Source: Bacillales bacterium
GTDB taxonomy: Bacteria > Bacillota_I > Bacilli_A > RFN20 > CAG-449
DNA length: 61,945 nt
NCBI GenBank assembly: GCA_029006735.1
Contig: JAQXGN010000035.1
Location: 1-61,945, forward strand
Direction: 5' to 3'
Part shown: piece by piece, positions 21,668 to 33,128 of the stretch
How the letters are laid out: each line of letters begins with the position of its first letter
Position numbering within the stretch: position 1 is the stretch's first letter
The notes under the pieces: model-generated
Told to the model about the DNA's origin: nothing
Databases searched by the model: none
What the model saw: the letters and a program-made list of their open reading frames with translations, nothing else
Made by a program: the position numbers and the translations under genes

Positions 21668-22369
21668 CTATTTCTCCTCTCCGCCTTCATTAGCTACTGG
21701 TGTGTAGTTGACTAATGGTTTTACAACTGGTTTTGTTCTTTGTGCTTTAACTGCACTTCTAATTGTAACAATGGATTTCTTTGGTCCTGGGATAGCACCC
21801 TTGATTAAGATTGCATTGTTTGCTGGATCAACTGAGATAACTGTTAAGTTTAAGATAGTTGATGTTTTGTTACCATGATGTCCTGCTGCTTTTTTACCTT
21901 TCATAACGCCACGGTTATAACGACCGTTTGTAGCGTATGAACCAGCACCTCTATGGTATCCTGAACCATGCCCTTTTGGACCGATTGTGAAGTGCCAACG
22001 TTTGATAGCACCGCTGAATCCTTTACCTTTGCTTACGCCTGTGACATCTACAACATCACCTGCTGCGAAAATATCGCAAGTAATTGATTGTCCAACTGCA
22101 TAGTTCATCATTTCATCGCCTTTTAATTCAGCGAGTTCATATTTTGGTGAAACACCTGCTTTTTTGAAAATACCTAATTCTGCTTTGTTGCAGCGATTTT
22201 CTTTTTTGTCTTCGTAACCGACTTGAATAGCATTGTAGTCGTCTGTTTCTTCTGTCTTAACTTGAGTTACAACATTTGGTAAGACTTCAACAACAGTGAC
22301 AGGATACATTGTGCCATCTTGAGCGAAGACTTGAGTCATACCCATTTTTCTACCTAAGATTGATTTCAT
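21668..22369 (-). CDS. rplC: 50S ribosomal protein L3
   Basis: Start MKSILGRKMGMTQ at 22369; SKGKGF, KGAIPG. Confidence 0.99.
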   Translation of the reverse strand: MKSILGRKMGMTQVFAQDGTMYPVTVVEVLPNVVTQVKTEETDDYNAIQVGYEDKKENRCNKAELGIFKKAGVSPKYELAELKGDEMMNYAVGQSITCDIFAAGDVVDVTGVSKGKGFSGAIKRWHFTIGPKGHGSGYHRGAGSYATNGRYNRGVMKGKKAAGHHGNKTSTILNLTVISVDPANNAILIKGAIPGPKKSIVTIRSAVKAQRTKPVVKPLVNYTPVANEGGEEK

Positions 22370-22388
22370 ATTGGTTTCCTGCCTCCTT

Positions 22389-22697
22389 CTACTTAATTTC
22401 GATATCAACACCACTTGGTAAATCCATGTGTGTTAATGCGTCGATTGTTTGTTTTGTTGGGTTTACGATATCGACGATTCTTTTGTGTGTTCTGATTTCA
22501 AATTGTTCACGAGCGTCTTTATATTTGTGAACTGCACGTAAGATTGTATAGACTTGTTTCTCTGTTGGTAGAGGAATTGGTCCAACAATTGTTGCGCCTG
22601 TTTGAGTTGCTGCTGATACAATCTTTTGAACTGATAAATCTAAAATCTTGTGATCGTATGCTTGTAAGCGAACTCTGATTTTTTTGCTTTTTGCCAT
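22389..22697 (-). CDS. rpsJ: 30S ribosomal protein S10
   Basis: [28 protein letters not shown]. Confidence 0.99.
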   Translation of the reverse strand: MAKSKKIRVRLQAYDHKILDLSVQKIVSAATQTGATIVGPIPLPTEKQVYTILRAVHKYKDAREQFEIRTHKRIVDIVNPTKQTIDALTHMDLPSGVDIEIK

Positions 22698-22729
22698 TTT
22701 CTTTTCTCCTTTATTTGTCTAGATCATTG

Positions 22730-22845
22730 TTAGACTTCCGTTCCATGTGAGTTACCTGAATTTTCGAAGTTTCGTTGCGGCTTTGACAACGGCTGTCGGC
22801 GTTCAGCAATCTCCCATCTCAGCACGGGTATCTTTTCAAGGCTCG
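22730..22845 (-). promoter_or_regulatory. Structured S10-operon 5' leader (putative ribosomal leader)
   Basis: GC-elevated segment (ACCCGTGCTGAGATGGGAGATTGCTG...CGTTGTCAAAGCCGCAACG...) between promoter and rpsJ with a clear internal hairpin. It resembles Firmicutes rpsJ leaders as recalled. Confidence 0.6.
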
Positions 22846-22853
22846 ACTTCAAT

Positions 22854-22883
22854 ATCATACTAAAATCGTAATATACAAGTCAA
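22854..22883 (-). promoter_or_regulatory. SigA-type promoter of the S10 operon
   Basis: TTGACT-18 nt-TATGAT with an A/T-rich upstream region. Confidence 0.7.
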
Positions 22884-23143
22884 CAACTTTTTTTGCTTTT
22901 TTTCTTATTATTTTTATTTTTTTCTATTTTAGGGATTAAATATATTATTTAATACTTAAAAGTATATATAACTTTAAGCATATGCACGTATACGCGCAAA
23001 AAAACAAAACAACTCTTATCCGTGTTTCTTCTCCCTCTTTTTTTCTAATAATCTCTCTTCTTTGTTACTCTTATTTTTGTTTTTAATTATCTAATCACAC
23101 TAAAAAAAATCGGATAAATTATGAAGAAATATCAAAATATATT

Positions 23144-23174
23144 AAAAAAATGTTCCCTTTTTTAGGAAACATTT
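23144..23174 (-). terminator. Intrinsic terminator after queH
   Basis: Inverted repeat AAATGTTTCC/GGGAACATTT followed by a T-run. Confidence 0.65.
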
Positions 23175-23182
23175 AGCTAATA

Positions 23183-23851
23183 TTATTCCTCATTTTTGTT
23201 TTTTTTCATCATCTCTAAATATGAATATATGCAACCACAATAGTTTTGATTATACATATTATATTCTTTGATTAATTCTTGTCGACGTACATCTCCACCT
23301 TGTTTTTTGAAGTCAGAATAGAAATATTTAGGTTTATATTTATGCGACAATTCTTCGCCTATTAGGTTTAATACTTGAGCAGATTTTTGTCTTGAAATAG
23401 ACATAACTGTGCAATAGTAATCATAGTTATGTTCATGTGCATATTTATATGTTTCTTCCATCCTTTTACGATAACAGGCTTGACATCTTTCTCCGCCTTC
23501 TCTTTCTTTTCCATATTGATTAAGAAATTGATTATATTTTTCATTGTCGTAAGGAAAATAAACGATTTCTACCACATTTCCGAACTTATTATTAAAATCA
23601 TCAACATACCGCTCTAATTCCTCTAATCGACGATTATATTCACTTTGAGGATAAATATTTGAATTATCAAATAGAACGATAATTTTAGAAAAATACTTCG
23701 CTAAAAATTCAATAGGCCATAATGAGCATGGTCCACAACAAACATGCATTGCAATAGATGGCTTTTTATTAGATTCTTGTATCCTCTTTACCTCATCCAT
23801 CGATTTTAAATAATAATTTACTCTTTTATTTTTATCTACTATTATCGCCAT
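23183..23851 (-). CDS. queH: Epoxyqueuosine reductase QueH
   Basis: [32 protein letters not shown]; adjacent to queA and tgt. Confidence 0.93.
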   Translation of the reverse strand: MAIIVDKNKRVNYYLKSMDEVKRIQESNKKPSIAMHVCCGPCSLWPIEFLAKYFSKIIVLFDNSNIYPQSEYNRRLEELERYVDDFNNKFGNVVEIVYFPYDNEKYNQFLNQYGKEREGGERCQACYRKRMEETYKYAHEHNYDYYCTVMSISRQKSAQVLNLIGEELSHKYKPKYFYSDFKKQGGDVRRQELIKEYNMYNQNYCGCIYSYLEMMKKNKNEE

Positions 23852-24881
23852 AAATAAACATTGCGTCTCCAAAAGAGAAGAAACGATATTTCTCTTTTAC
23901 TGCTTCATTATAAGCATCTAAAATAAACTCTCTTCCCGCGAAAGCTGAAACTAACATAATAAGAGTAGACTTTGGTAAATGAAAGTTCGTGATTTGTGCA
24001 TCAATCGCCTTAAATGTATATCCTGGATAGATAAAGATTGATGTTTCTCCTCTACATTCTTTAAAGCAATTATATTTTTGATAAACAGATTCTAAAGTAC
24101 GTGTAGAAGTAGTTCCAATTGCAATAATTCTTCTACCCTCTTTTTTTGCTTTATTTAAAACATCAGCTACTTCACTAGTCATCTCGTATACTTCTGAATG
24201 CATATGATGGTCTTTAATATTATCAACTTTTACTGGTCTAAAAGTACCTAATCCAACATGTAAGGTAACATCGACAACTTCGATTCCTTTTGCTTTTATT
24301 TTTTCAAATAAATCTAAAGTGAAATGGAATCCAGCAGTAGGTGCTGCTGCAGAACCTTCTACTTTAGCGTAAACAGTTTGATAACGTGAATTATCTTCAC
24401 ATTGTTTTTTTATATATGGAGGTAAAGGCATTTTACCTAAAACATCGAGTATTTCATATAAAATACCCTTATATAGCAATTTCATTTTGCGTAGACCTTC
24501 ATCTTTAATTTCTACACATTTTGCCTTTAAAGAACCATCCCCAAAAGAAATAATTGTACCGATTTTAATTACTTTTGCATTACCGCATAAACATTCCCAA
24601 ACATCATCACCTAAATCTTTTAACAACAAGACTTCAACATGTGCATTTGTTTCTTCTTTTATGCCAAATAATCTAGCAGGAATTACTTTAGAATTATTTC
24701 TAACTAGAACATCTCCTGGTCTTAGATAATCAATAATATCATAAAAAGAACGATGTTCAATCGTCTTTTTATCTTTATTCAATACCATTAAACGAGAATG
24801 ATCTCTTATTATTGAAGGAGATTGAGCAATTAATTCTTCTGGCAATTCATAATTATAATTTTCTATATCCATAATATCCAT
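23832..24881 (-). CDS. queA: S-adenosylmethionine:tRNA ribosyltransferase-isomerase
   Basis: [46 protein letters not shown]. Confidence 0.98.
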   Translation of the reverse strand: MDIMDIENYNYELPEELIAQSPSIIRDHSRLMVLNKDKKTIEHRSFYDIIDYLRPGDVLVRNNSKVIPARLFGIKEETNAHVEVLLLKDLGDDVWECLCGNAKVIKIGTIISFGDGSLKAKCVEIKDEGLRKMKLLYKGILYEILDVLGKMPLPPYIKKQCEDNSRYQTVYAKVEGSAAAPTAGFHFTLDLFEKIKAKGIEVVDVTLHVGLGTFRPVKVDNIKDHHMHSEVYEMTSEVADVLNKAKKEGRRIIAIGTTSTRTLESVYQKYNCFKECRGETSIFIYPGYTFKAIDAQITNFHLPKSTLIMLVSAFAGREFILDAYNEAVKEKYRFFSFGDAMFIYGDNSR

Positions 24882-24885
24882 AGAA

Positions 24886-26022
<1,137 letters not shown>

Positions 26023-26025
26023 CTA

Positions 26026-27327
26026 TTACTCACTTTCTTTAATTAAGTTATCTTGCTTTGGATACAATCTTTTAAATAAATCGACACTAATAACGATAAT
26101 TGCAATAAGTGCCAATATCGCACCAAATCTAAAAGTCATATCACGATTTATGCTGGTATCTGAAGAAATGGTGATAAAAGAAACATTCCATAAATAAGCT
26201 AAATATCCAAAAAGAGAATTAGCTATTTCAAGAATTGCTACATAGAACATTTTTGGCTTTAAAATCACATAAATGCATACCATTACATCAGTTAAGAAAT
26301 AATAACGATCATGCATATGCGGTAATATAAATGGAACAATTAATGAAAACAACATGAATATATCGATATAATCAAAATCGTCAAATTCTTTTTTCGAATG
26401 GAAAAGAGCAAATAAAGTAGTTCCTATTACTCCAAGAGATAAAGGAACAGAAAACGCCGAAATAGTATCACTATTAGTAAAATTCTTAAATATTAATGTC
26501 CAAAAAGTACCAGCATTTAATGCTAATTGAGAATAAGAATTTGCCGTTTGATTAACATAAACCATCATAATTTCGCCAAATCTATCAAAGAAATTATCCG
26601 CAATAAAGCAAGAAGGAAGTGCAAATAAAATATATACAAAAGGTATATATAAAAAATACTTAAACTTGAGTTCTCGTCTAAAAGCAGCAATAACAAATAT
26701 CGGTAAAATAAAAATTGATTGGAGTTTAAACGCAAAAGCAAATCCATATAGAATCATTGATGTACGATGATTTTTTCTTAAGAAGAAATAGATTGAAGCA
26801 ATACAAAATGAAACAAAAATCGAATCACATTGTCCCCACCAAGAAGAGTTTAGACATACTGTTATACCACATAAAACTAAAGCATATGTAAATGCGGCTT
26901 TTAGTTTATTTTTATCCGTTAATCGATAGACTATTAATCCAGCAAAAATCGCACAAGCAAAATCAAAAATTATAGAAAATATTTTGATTCCATATACAAA
27001 AGGTAAAGATCCAGGTTCAAATCTAAATAAACTTAAAAACCATATAAAATAAAGATATGCAGGTGTATAATCACCAACACTTTTTCCTAACGCTTTATAA
27101 TCGTTAAGTATTTCTTTATACCAAGATGTTAAGAATGATTCTACATCCCAAGATACTTCATTAAACATTGCTACACGTATAAGTAAAGCAATAATAGTGA
27201 TTGCAACCAAAAAGATTTCAATATCAAATCTTTTAATGAACTTACAAATAGAATCACCAATTATACTTGCTATTTCACTAACTCTTTTAAAAAAACTATC
27301 TAATTTATTCGTTTTTCTTTCTGCCAT
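26026..27327 (-). CDS. Polytopic GT-C superfamily glycosyltransferase-like membrane protein
   Basis: About 10-11 TM segments. DYTPAYLY, NSSWWGQCDS, FKLQ..F..P and PHMHDRY resemble Gpi18/GT87-like membrane mannosyltransferases. Confidence 0.75.
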   Translation of the reverse strand: MAERKTNKLDSFFKRVSEIASIIGDSICKFIKRFDIEIFLVAITIIALLIRVAMFNEVSWDVESFLTSWYKEILNDYKALGKSVGDYTPAYLYFIWFLSLFRFEPGSLPFVYGIKIFSIIFDFACAIFAGLIVYRLTDKNKLKAAFTYALVLCGITVCLNSSWWGQCDSIFVSFCIASIYFFLRKNHRTSMILYGFAFAFKLQSIFILPIFVIAAFRRELKFKYFLYIPFVYILFALPSCFIADNFFDRFGEIMMVYVNQTANSYSQLALNAGTFWTLIFKNFTNSDTISAFSVPLSLGVIGTTLFALFHSKKEFDDFDYIDIFMLFSLIVPFILPHMHDRYYFLTDVMVCIYVILKPKMFYVAILEIANSLFGYLAYLWNVSFITISSDTSINRDMTFRFGAILALIAIIVISVDLFKRLYPKQDNLIKESE

Positions 27328-27340
27328 TTTTCCTCCAGGA

Positions 27341-28357
27341 TTAAAATTTTCTAAAATCTTCTAACTTCCAACTTGGATTTGCACTAATTGATAAAGGGGC
27401 AAATACCTTTTCTTCGTATAAATAGGACCCCACTTTAGCAATCATTGCCGCGTTATCGGTTGTACACCAAATAGGTGGAATAATAACTTCGACACTTTTA
27501 TCTTTTAATCTTTCAACTATTTGACTTCTTAGATATGAATTAGCAGAAACTCCCCCTGCTAAAACAACTTGCTTAACATTAAATTCATCAACTGCAGGAA
27601 GAGCCTTATCTAAAAGTAAATCAATCGCAGTTTCTTGGAAAGAGCAAGCAAGATCTTCAACAATTACCTCTTCCCCTTTTTGATGTAAATTATTAACTAA
27701 ATTAATAACTGCAGTTTTTATTCCCGAATATGAGTAATCGTATTTTGAATCAACGATTGGTCGAGGTAATTTATAATTGTGTTTGCCTAATTTTGCAAGT
27801 TTATCAATAGAAACACCACCTGGATAAGGTAAACCAACTACTCTAGCTACTTTGTCAAATGCCTCACCAATAGCATCATCTCTAGTTTCTCCGATAATCT
27901 TAAATGAAAGGTGATTTTCCATAACAACTAATTCTGTATTTCCCCCAGAAACAACAATAGCCAAGCAAGGAAACTTTAATGGACTAACATATTCATTCGC
28001 ATAAATATGACCTGTAAGATGATGTACAGGGATTAAAGGTTTATGATACATTAATGCAAGAGTTTTTGCGGTTTGAAGTCCAACTAATAAAGCACCTATT
28101 AATCCAGGTCCTACAGTAACTGCAATAGCAGAAACTTCATCCATTGTAATTTGTGCTTGTTCTAAGGCTTCTTTTAAAACTACACCGACATTCTCGACAT
28201 GTAATCTTGAAGCGATTTCTGGCATAACTCCACCATATTTTTGATGAACAGAAATCTGAGTCGATACAACATTGGCTAATAGTTCTGTATTATTTTTTAA
28301 AATTGCAATTGCCGTTTCATCACAACTTGATTCAATTGCTAAGATAATTTTATCCAA
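27341..28357 (-). CDS. tsaD: t6A synthase subunit TsaD
   Basis: IESSCDET, GPGL, HHLTGH, SGGNT, DDAIGEAFDK, CTDNAAMI; TTG start. Confidence 0.98.
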   Translation of the reverse strand: MDKIILAIESSCDETAIAILKNNTELLANVVSTQISVHQKYGGVMPEIASRLHVENVGVVLKEALEQAQITMDEVSAIAVTVGPGLIGALLVGLQTAKTLALMYHKPLIPVHHLTGHIYANEYVSPLKFPCLAIVVSGGNTELVVMENHLSFKIIGETRDDAIGEAFDKVARVVGLPYPGGVSIDKLAKLGKHNYKLPRPIVDSKYDYSYSGIKTAVINLVNNLHQKGEEVIVEDLACSFQETAIDLLLDKALPAVDEFNVKQVVLAGGVSANSYLRSQIVERLKDKSVEVIIPPIWCTTDNAAMIAKVGSYLYEEKVFAPLSISANPSWKLEDFRKF

Positions 28358-28358
28358 A

Positions 28359-28796
28359 TTAATACACCCCCTTAATCATATAGTACGCATCTTCTCCATC
28401 AGTATAATATCCTTCTTTAGTAAGTATAGTTTTAAACCCAAATTTCTCATACAATTTTTGTGCGCTAATATTTGATACTCTAACTTCTAAAGTAATAACA
28501 TAACACTCATTTTTCTTAAAATCTTCACTTGCTTTTTCAAGTAAATAAGATGCAATCTTTTTTCTTCGATAATCTTCTTTAACACATATTTTATTGATTT
28601 GTCCATTATCAAATATAATCCAATAATTAATATATCCAATTAAACATTCTCCTTCATAAACGACAATGGTTTTAGAAAATTCATTTTCCTTAATTTCATA
28701 AAGAAATTGTTCTTTAGTCCAAGGAGAATGAAAATTTTTACTTTCCAAATCTGCTAAACTATCAATATCTAATTCATTTGCTAAACGATATTCCAT
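28359..28796 (-). CDS. rimI: Ribosomal-protein N-acetyltransferase RimI
   Basis: GNAT motifs LEVRVSN..AQKLYEKFGF and YY..GEDA; lies between tsaB and tsaD. Confidence 0.92.
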   Translation of the reverse strand: MEYRLANELDIDSLADLESKNFHSPWTKEQFLYEIKENEFSKTIVVYEGECLIGYINYWIIFDNGQINKICVKEDYRRKKIASYLLEKASEDFKKNECYVITLEVRVSNISAQKLYEKFGFKTILTKEGYYTDGEDAYYMIKGVY

Positions 28797-28798
28797 AA

Positions 28799-29383
28799 TT
28801 AATCCTTCAAATATGTAGGTTTTACACTCAAAATATCTTCCACTTCTATAATTGAGTCTTTTATAGACATCATCCCTTCAATTTCATTTGGAATTGAAGA
28901 TTCAATTTTTAAATATTTACAATCTCCAATAACTTCAAAATCTGAATGATTTTTAATAAATTCAAGAACTTCTTCATTAGTTAAAACGCAATCTTGTAAT
29001 ATTGTTCCGCTAGGAGAATATGCTCCAATATAGCTTCTATTACTTCTAGCATTTATCAAAGAAATAAAAGATTTATCTTTATTTCCAAACATTTGTAATG
29101 AAGATACGAGTTTTAGCTTAGCCCCATTCATTAAACAAATAATTTTTGCAATTGTAAGAGCGATTCTTACACCTGTATAAGATCCTGGACCTTTTCCACA
29201 TACAACTTCATCAATATCTAAAAGTTCAATTCCAGTTTCTTTGATTGCTAATTCAATTTCTGGAATCATTTTTTCAGATTGTCTTTGCCAGCATGCATAG
29301 ATTTTTTGATATACAATTTTATTATCGATCGCGACGCCAACAACTAAATTTACATTCGAACTATCTAATAATAAAGTATTCAT
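28799..29383 (-). CDS. tsaB: t6A biosynthesis protein TsaB
   Basis: GPGSYTGVRI, C-terminal PTYLK. Confidence 0.95.
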   Translation of the reverse strand: MNTLLLDSSNVNLVVGVAIDNKIVYQKIYACWQRQSEKMIPEIELAIKETGIELLDIDEVVCGKGPGSYTGVRIALTIAKIICLMNGAKLKLVSSLQMFGNKDKSFISLINARSNRSYIGAYSPSGTILQDCVLTNEEVLEFIKNHSDFEVIGDCKYLKIESSIPNEIEGMMSIKDSIIEVEDILSVKPTYLKD

Positions 29384-29844
29384 TCAAGACCCTCCTTTAA
29401 AGAATTCATAATCTCATCATATTTTTCATAGTTAGAAGAAATAATAAATTCTCTACTATCGTCTTTTAAAATTCTAATTTTAATCTCTAGTGGTTCAAAA
29501 ATTTTCTCTTGAATAAATTTTCCCCATTCAATAATACAAACACCATCACCTTCAATAACTTCTTCTAAGCCAATATTTGAATTGATTCCTTCTTCAAGAC
29601 GATAAGCATCAATATGATATAAAGGCATATCCCCTTCAAAATAACATTTTAAGATATTAAAAGTAGGGCTAGAAACATGTTCAGTAATACCCAATTCCTT
29701 AGCAATCGATTTTGTTAATGTAGTTTTACCTGCACCTAAATCGCCATCTAAAGATATCACTGCACCAGGAAAAAGATTTTTTGCAATAAGTTTTGCTAAT
29801 TTTTCTGTATCTAATAATGAATTGCTTTGATATTTTATCTCCAT
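29380..29844 (-). CDS. tsaE: t6A biosynthesis ATPase TsaE
   Basis: GDLGAGKTT, SSPTF, HIDAYRL, IEW. Confidence 0.97.
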   Translation of the reverse strand: MEIKYQSNSLLDTEKLAKLIAKNLFPGAVISLDGDLGAGKTTLTKSIAKELGITEHVSSPTFNILKCYFEGDMPLYHIDAYRLEEGINSNIGLEEVIEGDGVCIIEWGKFIQEKIFEPLEIKIRILKDDSREFIISSNYEKYDEIMNSLKEGLE

Positions 29845-29977
29845 ATCTTTCCCCTCAAACATCTAAATTATATCATTAATACGCAAATTATAAATCACTC
29901 ACTTATGATAATTCCATTATTTTATAATAAAAAATAATGATTTTTTCTCTTTTATTTGCAAAAAGAAAAAATATCAC

Positions 29978-30550
29978 CTATTTGATGATATTCTTTTCTT
30001 GATTTTCTTTAATAACTAAATACTTTGCATAATAATCTCTCATAAGAGCATCATCAAATGGAAATCCACCCCTTCGCATTAGTTCTTTTGCATATTCGTT
30101 TGCACCTTTAATGACATAATCTAATTCATCTGAGTATACATACTTTTTTCGGTGAAACTCGTACTCTTTTGAGTCTAATTGAATAATTGATTTATTAGGC
30201 AATAATTTTAAATCCAAATCATAATCAATATATTTTATACAGTTTTTATCAATCAAACTAGGTGATGCAATATTGCAGTAATACATTATTTCATCATCTT
30301 TAAACATTGCAATGAAATTAAACCAATCATTGAAGAAGAAAACAGAGACTGCAGGCTCTCTTGTATACCAATGCCTACCATCAGCTTCAACTACTTTGTT
30401 ACATGTAGATGCAATAACAATATAATCATCTGTCACATCTACAATCATTGCGCTATCCCAAGTGCGATGCAAAGAACCATCGTGCTTATAACTTTGGACA
30501 TGAAACCATTTACCAATGTAACTTGAATCTAACACGATAATATACCTCAC
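29978..30550 (-). CDS. DUF402 family nucleoside di/triphosphatase (Ntdp-like)
   Basis: SYKHDGSLHRTW, WYTREPA, YYCNIASP, YIDYDLD. Confidence 0.9.
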   Translation of the reverse strand: MRYIIVLDSSYIGKWFHVQSYKHDGSLHRTWDSAMIVDVTDDYIVIASTCNKVVEADGRHWYTREPAVSVFFFNDWFNFIAMFKDDEIMYYCNIASPSLIDKNCIKYIDYDLDLKLLPNKSIIQLDSKEYEFHRKKYVYSDELDYVIKGANEYAKELMRRGGFPFDDALMRDYYAKYLVIKENQEKNIIK

Positions 30551-30592
30551 TTACGTTTTAAATTATATCATTGATAATTTATAAATCAAATA

Positions 30593-30630
30593 AAAGAAGG
30601 AAAACTATTATGTAAATAATTTTCCTTTCT
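30593..30630 (-). terminator. Probable terminator after the 30652-31644 gene
   Basis: AAGGAAAA...TTTTCCTT inverted repeat followed by T-rich sequence on the minus strand. Confidence 0.5.
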
Positions 30631-30651
30631 AACTAACGATTTAATAAATAA

Positions 30652-31644
30652 TTAATTATCTTTAAAATAATGATTCTTTCTTACTGCTTCATTGAATTCA
30701 ATAATAAAGTTTAAATCTTTTTTATAATGGCTTAATGGTTCAACTTTAAATTCTTTATCAAATGGTATAACCATTAACTCATCTGAATATGATAAACCAA
30801 TAATAATTTGCTCTTTTTGAATAGTTATCAACACATCATTCAACATACTATCTGTAACTAAATTATTTAACACTTTTACTATTTCATTAGTAAATATGCG
30901 TGAATAATTATTATTTGAAGTATATACAACCCAACGATTTGATAATCCATCAACATTAACTTGGTTAACTTCTTCTAATTTATTAGGAGCAGAATCTCCA
31001 CATCCTTTTAAATAAAGAATTGTTCTACCAAAATCAGGATTTAGATATTGAAAATTAAAGACTTTTCCAACAAAAACAGCTTTTTGCTTTCTTATATCTT
31101 TTTCTTCTCCATCTTTAATAGAAACATCTGCAGCCTCAAAATATTTCCCAGACATTTTTCCTTTAATCATATCTCGAGACCCAACCGCACCAACTTTTGA
31201 AAGGAAATCCATCTTTTCAACAATTAATGGGTTAACTTTTTCTTTAAATCCTAATTTAACATCAGTTATCTTTTCATTATTGAAAATAAAAGAATCTGTA
31301 TAGTTACTATAAATATCAAGATATGTTCTAACTGCATCATTAAGTTTTTTTCGAGAAAGTTTAGTAAAGATAAAAACTCCTACAAAGCAAACAATAATAG
31401 CAATTAACAAATATAATACATATTGAGAGTATAAAAATGTAACTACAGAGCCTCCAATAATCAACAAAATAAAGATAGCTGCGACAATTCGATTTACATT
31501 CATTGTTTTTTTATGTACTTGTTCAAAAGCCGTTCTAGCTTCATTAATACTTTTTTCTACTTCTTCTATTGAATCAACTAAAATAGGATCTACATAATTA
31601 GAATCAACTTTCATCTCTTTTTGATTAATTTGTTCATTCATCAA
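30652..31644 (-). CDS. Hypothetical membrane protein (two TM plus soluble domain, DUF3137-like)
   Basis: N-terminal TM hairpin. The segment D.I.G...G..F....V...VF.G is reminiscent of DUF3137. Confidence 0.6.
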   Translation of the reverse strand: MMNEQINQKEMKVDSNYVDPILVDSIEEVEKSINEARTAFEQVHKKTMNVNRIVAAIFILLIIGGSVVTFLYSQYVLYLLIAIIVCFVGVFIFTKLSRKKLNDAVRTYLDIYSNYTDSFIFNNEKITDVKLGFKEKVNPLIVEKMDFLSKVGAVGSRDMIKGKMSGKYFEAADVSIKDGEEKDIRKQKAVFVGKVFNFQYLNPDFGRTILYLKGCGDSAPNKLEEVNQVNVDGLSNRWVVYTSNNNYSRIFTNEIVKVLNNLVTDSMLNDVLITIQKEQIIIGLSYSDELMVIPFDKEFKVEPLSHYKKDLNFIIEFNEAVRKNHYFKDN

Positions 31645-31744
31645 AAATCACCTCGCATTTCTTATTATACATAATTTTTTAATAAAAAGAAAAAAGTATC
31701 GTCTTTTAATTGCATTTTGTGAAAAAAAGGTGATAATTATAGAT

Positions 31745-31823
31745 GGGAGCTCAAGAAATGGGCTGAGAGGATTTTTGATACTAAAGTCGACCAAAACTTG
31801 ATCTAGGTAATGCTAGCGGAAGG
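31745..31823 (+). ncRNA. TPP riboswitch
   Basis: GGGAGC...GGCTGAGA...GACC...TGATCTAGGTAATGCTAGCGGAAGG matches the TPP aptamer core; lies upstream of a thiamine S-component. Confidence 0.93.
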
Positions 31824-31843
31824 ATTTTTTTATTTTGTATTTT

Positions 31844-31880
31844 ATCCTTTTTGAGCATTACAATCAGAAAGGATTTTTTT
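31844..31880 (+). terminator. TPP riboswitch expression platform (terminator / SD-sequestering hairpin)
   Basis: ATCCTTTTTGA/TCAGAAAGGAT stem plus T-run ending immediately before the ATG at 31881; the stem includes the SD AAGGA. Confidence 0.75.
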
Positions 31881-32441
31881 ATGAACAAGAAAAAAATATT
31901 ATTTTCAGTTCGCGATATCTGTGAAATCGCAATGTTAACTGGACTAGCAATCTTACTTGGAACATTCGCTGAAATTAAAATTGGTGAAAATGGTGGTTCA
32001 ATTGGTTTTGCTATGATTCCATTATTATTTATTTGTTTCCGTCATGGTTTACTTAAAGGATTTATCGCTACCGGTATCGTTTATGGTATCTCAACTTGTG
32101 CGATTGATGGTTATGGATTTCACTGTTATCCTTTAGATTATTTACTTGCTTATGGATCATTATGCATTGTTTCATTATTCTATAAATTAGTATTTAAATC
32201 AGAATCAAAATGGAAACCTTATTTTTATATTTGTTTATCCATCTTAATTGCTTGTGTTCTTAGACTCGCATTCCATGTTATTTCCGGTATGGTATTATGG
32301 GAAACACCATTTTTAGGTTCATTAATTTATAATATTGCATATGTTGGACCATCTTGTTTACTCTGTATGATTTTATTCTGTGCTTTATATGTTCCATTTA
32401 AAATGCTTGACAATAAATATCCAGTACAACATAGAATTTAA
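31881..32441 (+). CDS. thiT: ECF thiamine S-component ThiT
   Basis: GGSI, LDYLLAY, H.ISG...W and YN..Y motifs; TPP riboswitch upstream. Confidence 0.92.
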   Translation: MNKKKILFSVRDICEIAMLTGLAILLGTFAEIKIGENGGSIGFAMIPLLFICFRHGLLKGFIATGIVYGISTCAIDGYGFHCYPLDYLLAYGSLCIVSLFYKLVFKSESKWKPYFYICLSILIACVLRLAFHVISGMVLWETPFLGSLIYNIAYVGPSCLLCMILFCALYVPFKMLDNKYPVQHRI

Positions 32442-32444
32442 AAA

Positions 32445-33044
32445 TTAATATACAATTATTAAGCAGCCATCTTTAACTTCGATGGTTGCTTTTTTGTTGA
32501 TAAATTCATTAGAAACTCCTAAAGGAAATTTATCATTCAAATCATAATCAATTAATTCATATTTTAAGTTTTTTAGAGTTACTCCTTTGGCTTCTTTATA
32601 AGCAAAAATAGAAATATACCCTTCTTCTTGAAATAGATTTTTTTCTCCATTACGCAAGAATTCAATGGTTTGATTTTTACTAAACACAGTTATTTTAATC
32701 CCTTTTTCTACGTAAAATAACACATCTTGCATGAGTGCAATAGAATGATCAATTCTACCTCCAATACAACCATAGATTAAAAATTCTTTATATCCTAATT
32801 TAATACCCTCTTCAATAGCAGCGTGCGTATCTGTAATATCTTTTATCGGATTTAATCTAATATATTTATTCTCTTTTGGAAGCATATTAAGTGAATCAAA
32901 ATCACCGATAGCCAAATCTATTCGATATCCATTTTCACTTAAAAATAAACATCCTCCATCAGAACCAATAATATAATCATTTTCGTCATATGAGAATAAT
33001 CTTTGACTATCTAAACTTGCTCCAACAATAATGCATCTACCCAT
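32445..33044 (-). CDS. thiN: Thiamine pyrophosphokinase
   Basis: DGG, GDFDS, KDITDT, GGRIDH, GVSNE. Confidence 0.96.
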   Translation of the reverse strand: MGRCIIVGASLDSQRLFSYDENDYIIGSDGGCLFLSENGYRIDLAIGDFDSLNMLPKENKYIRLNPIKDITDTHAAIEEGIKLGYKEFLIYGCIGGRIDHSIALMQDVLFYVEKGIKITVFSKNQTIEFLRNGEKNLFQEEGYISIFAYKEAKGVTLKNLKYELIDYDLNDKFPLGVSNEFINKKATIEVKDGCLIIVY

Positions 33045-33128
33045 AAAAATTCACCATAATAATTATAACAAATATTTGTGCTTAAATCATTTATTAATTC
33101 ATATAGTTAAATAGTAAAGGAGAACAAT

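Noticed and set aside
22950-23090. Stop-free stretch of about 46 codons on the minus strand upstream of the S10 promoter
   Set aside because: It is bounded upstream by TAG with no usable start or SD at its 5' end, and is low-complexity purine-rich sequence.
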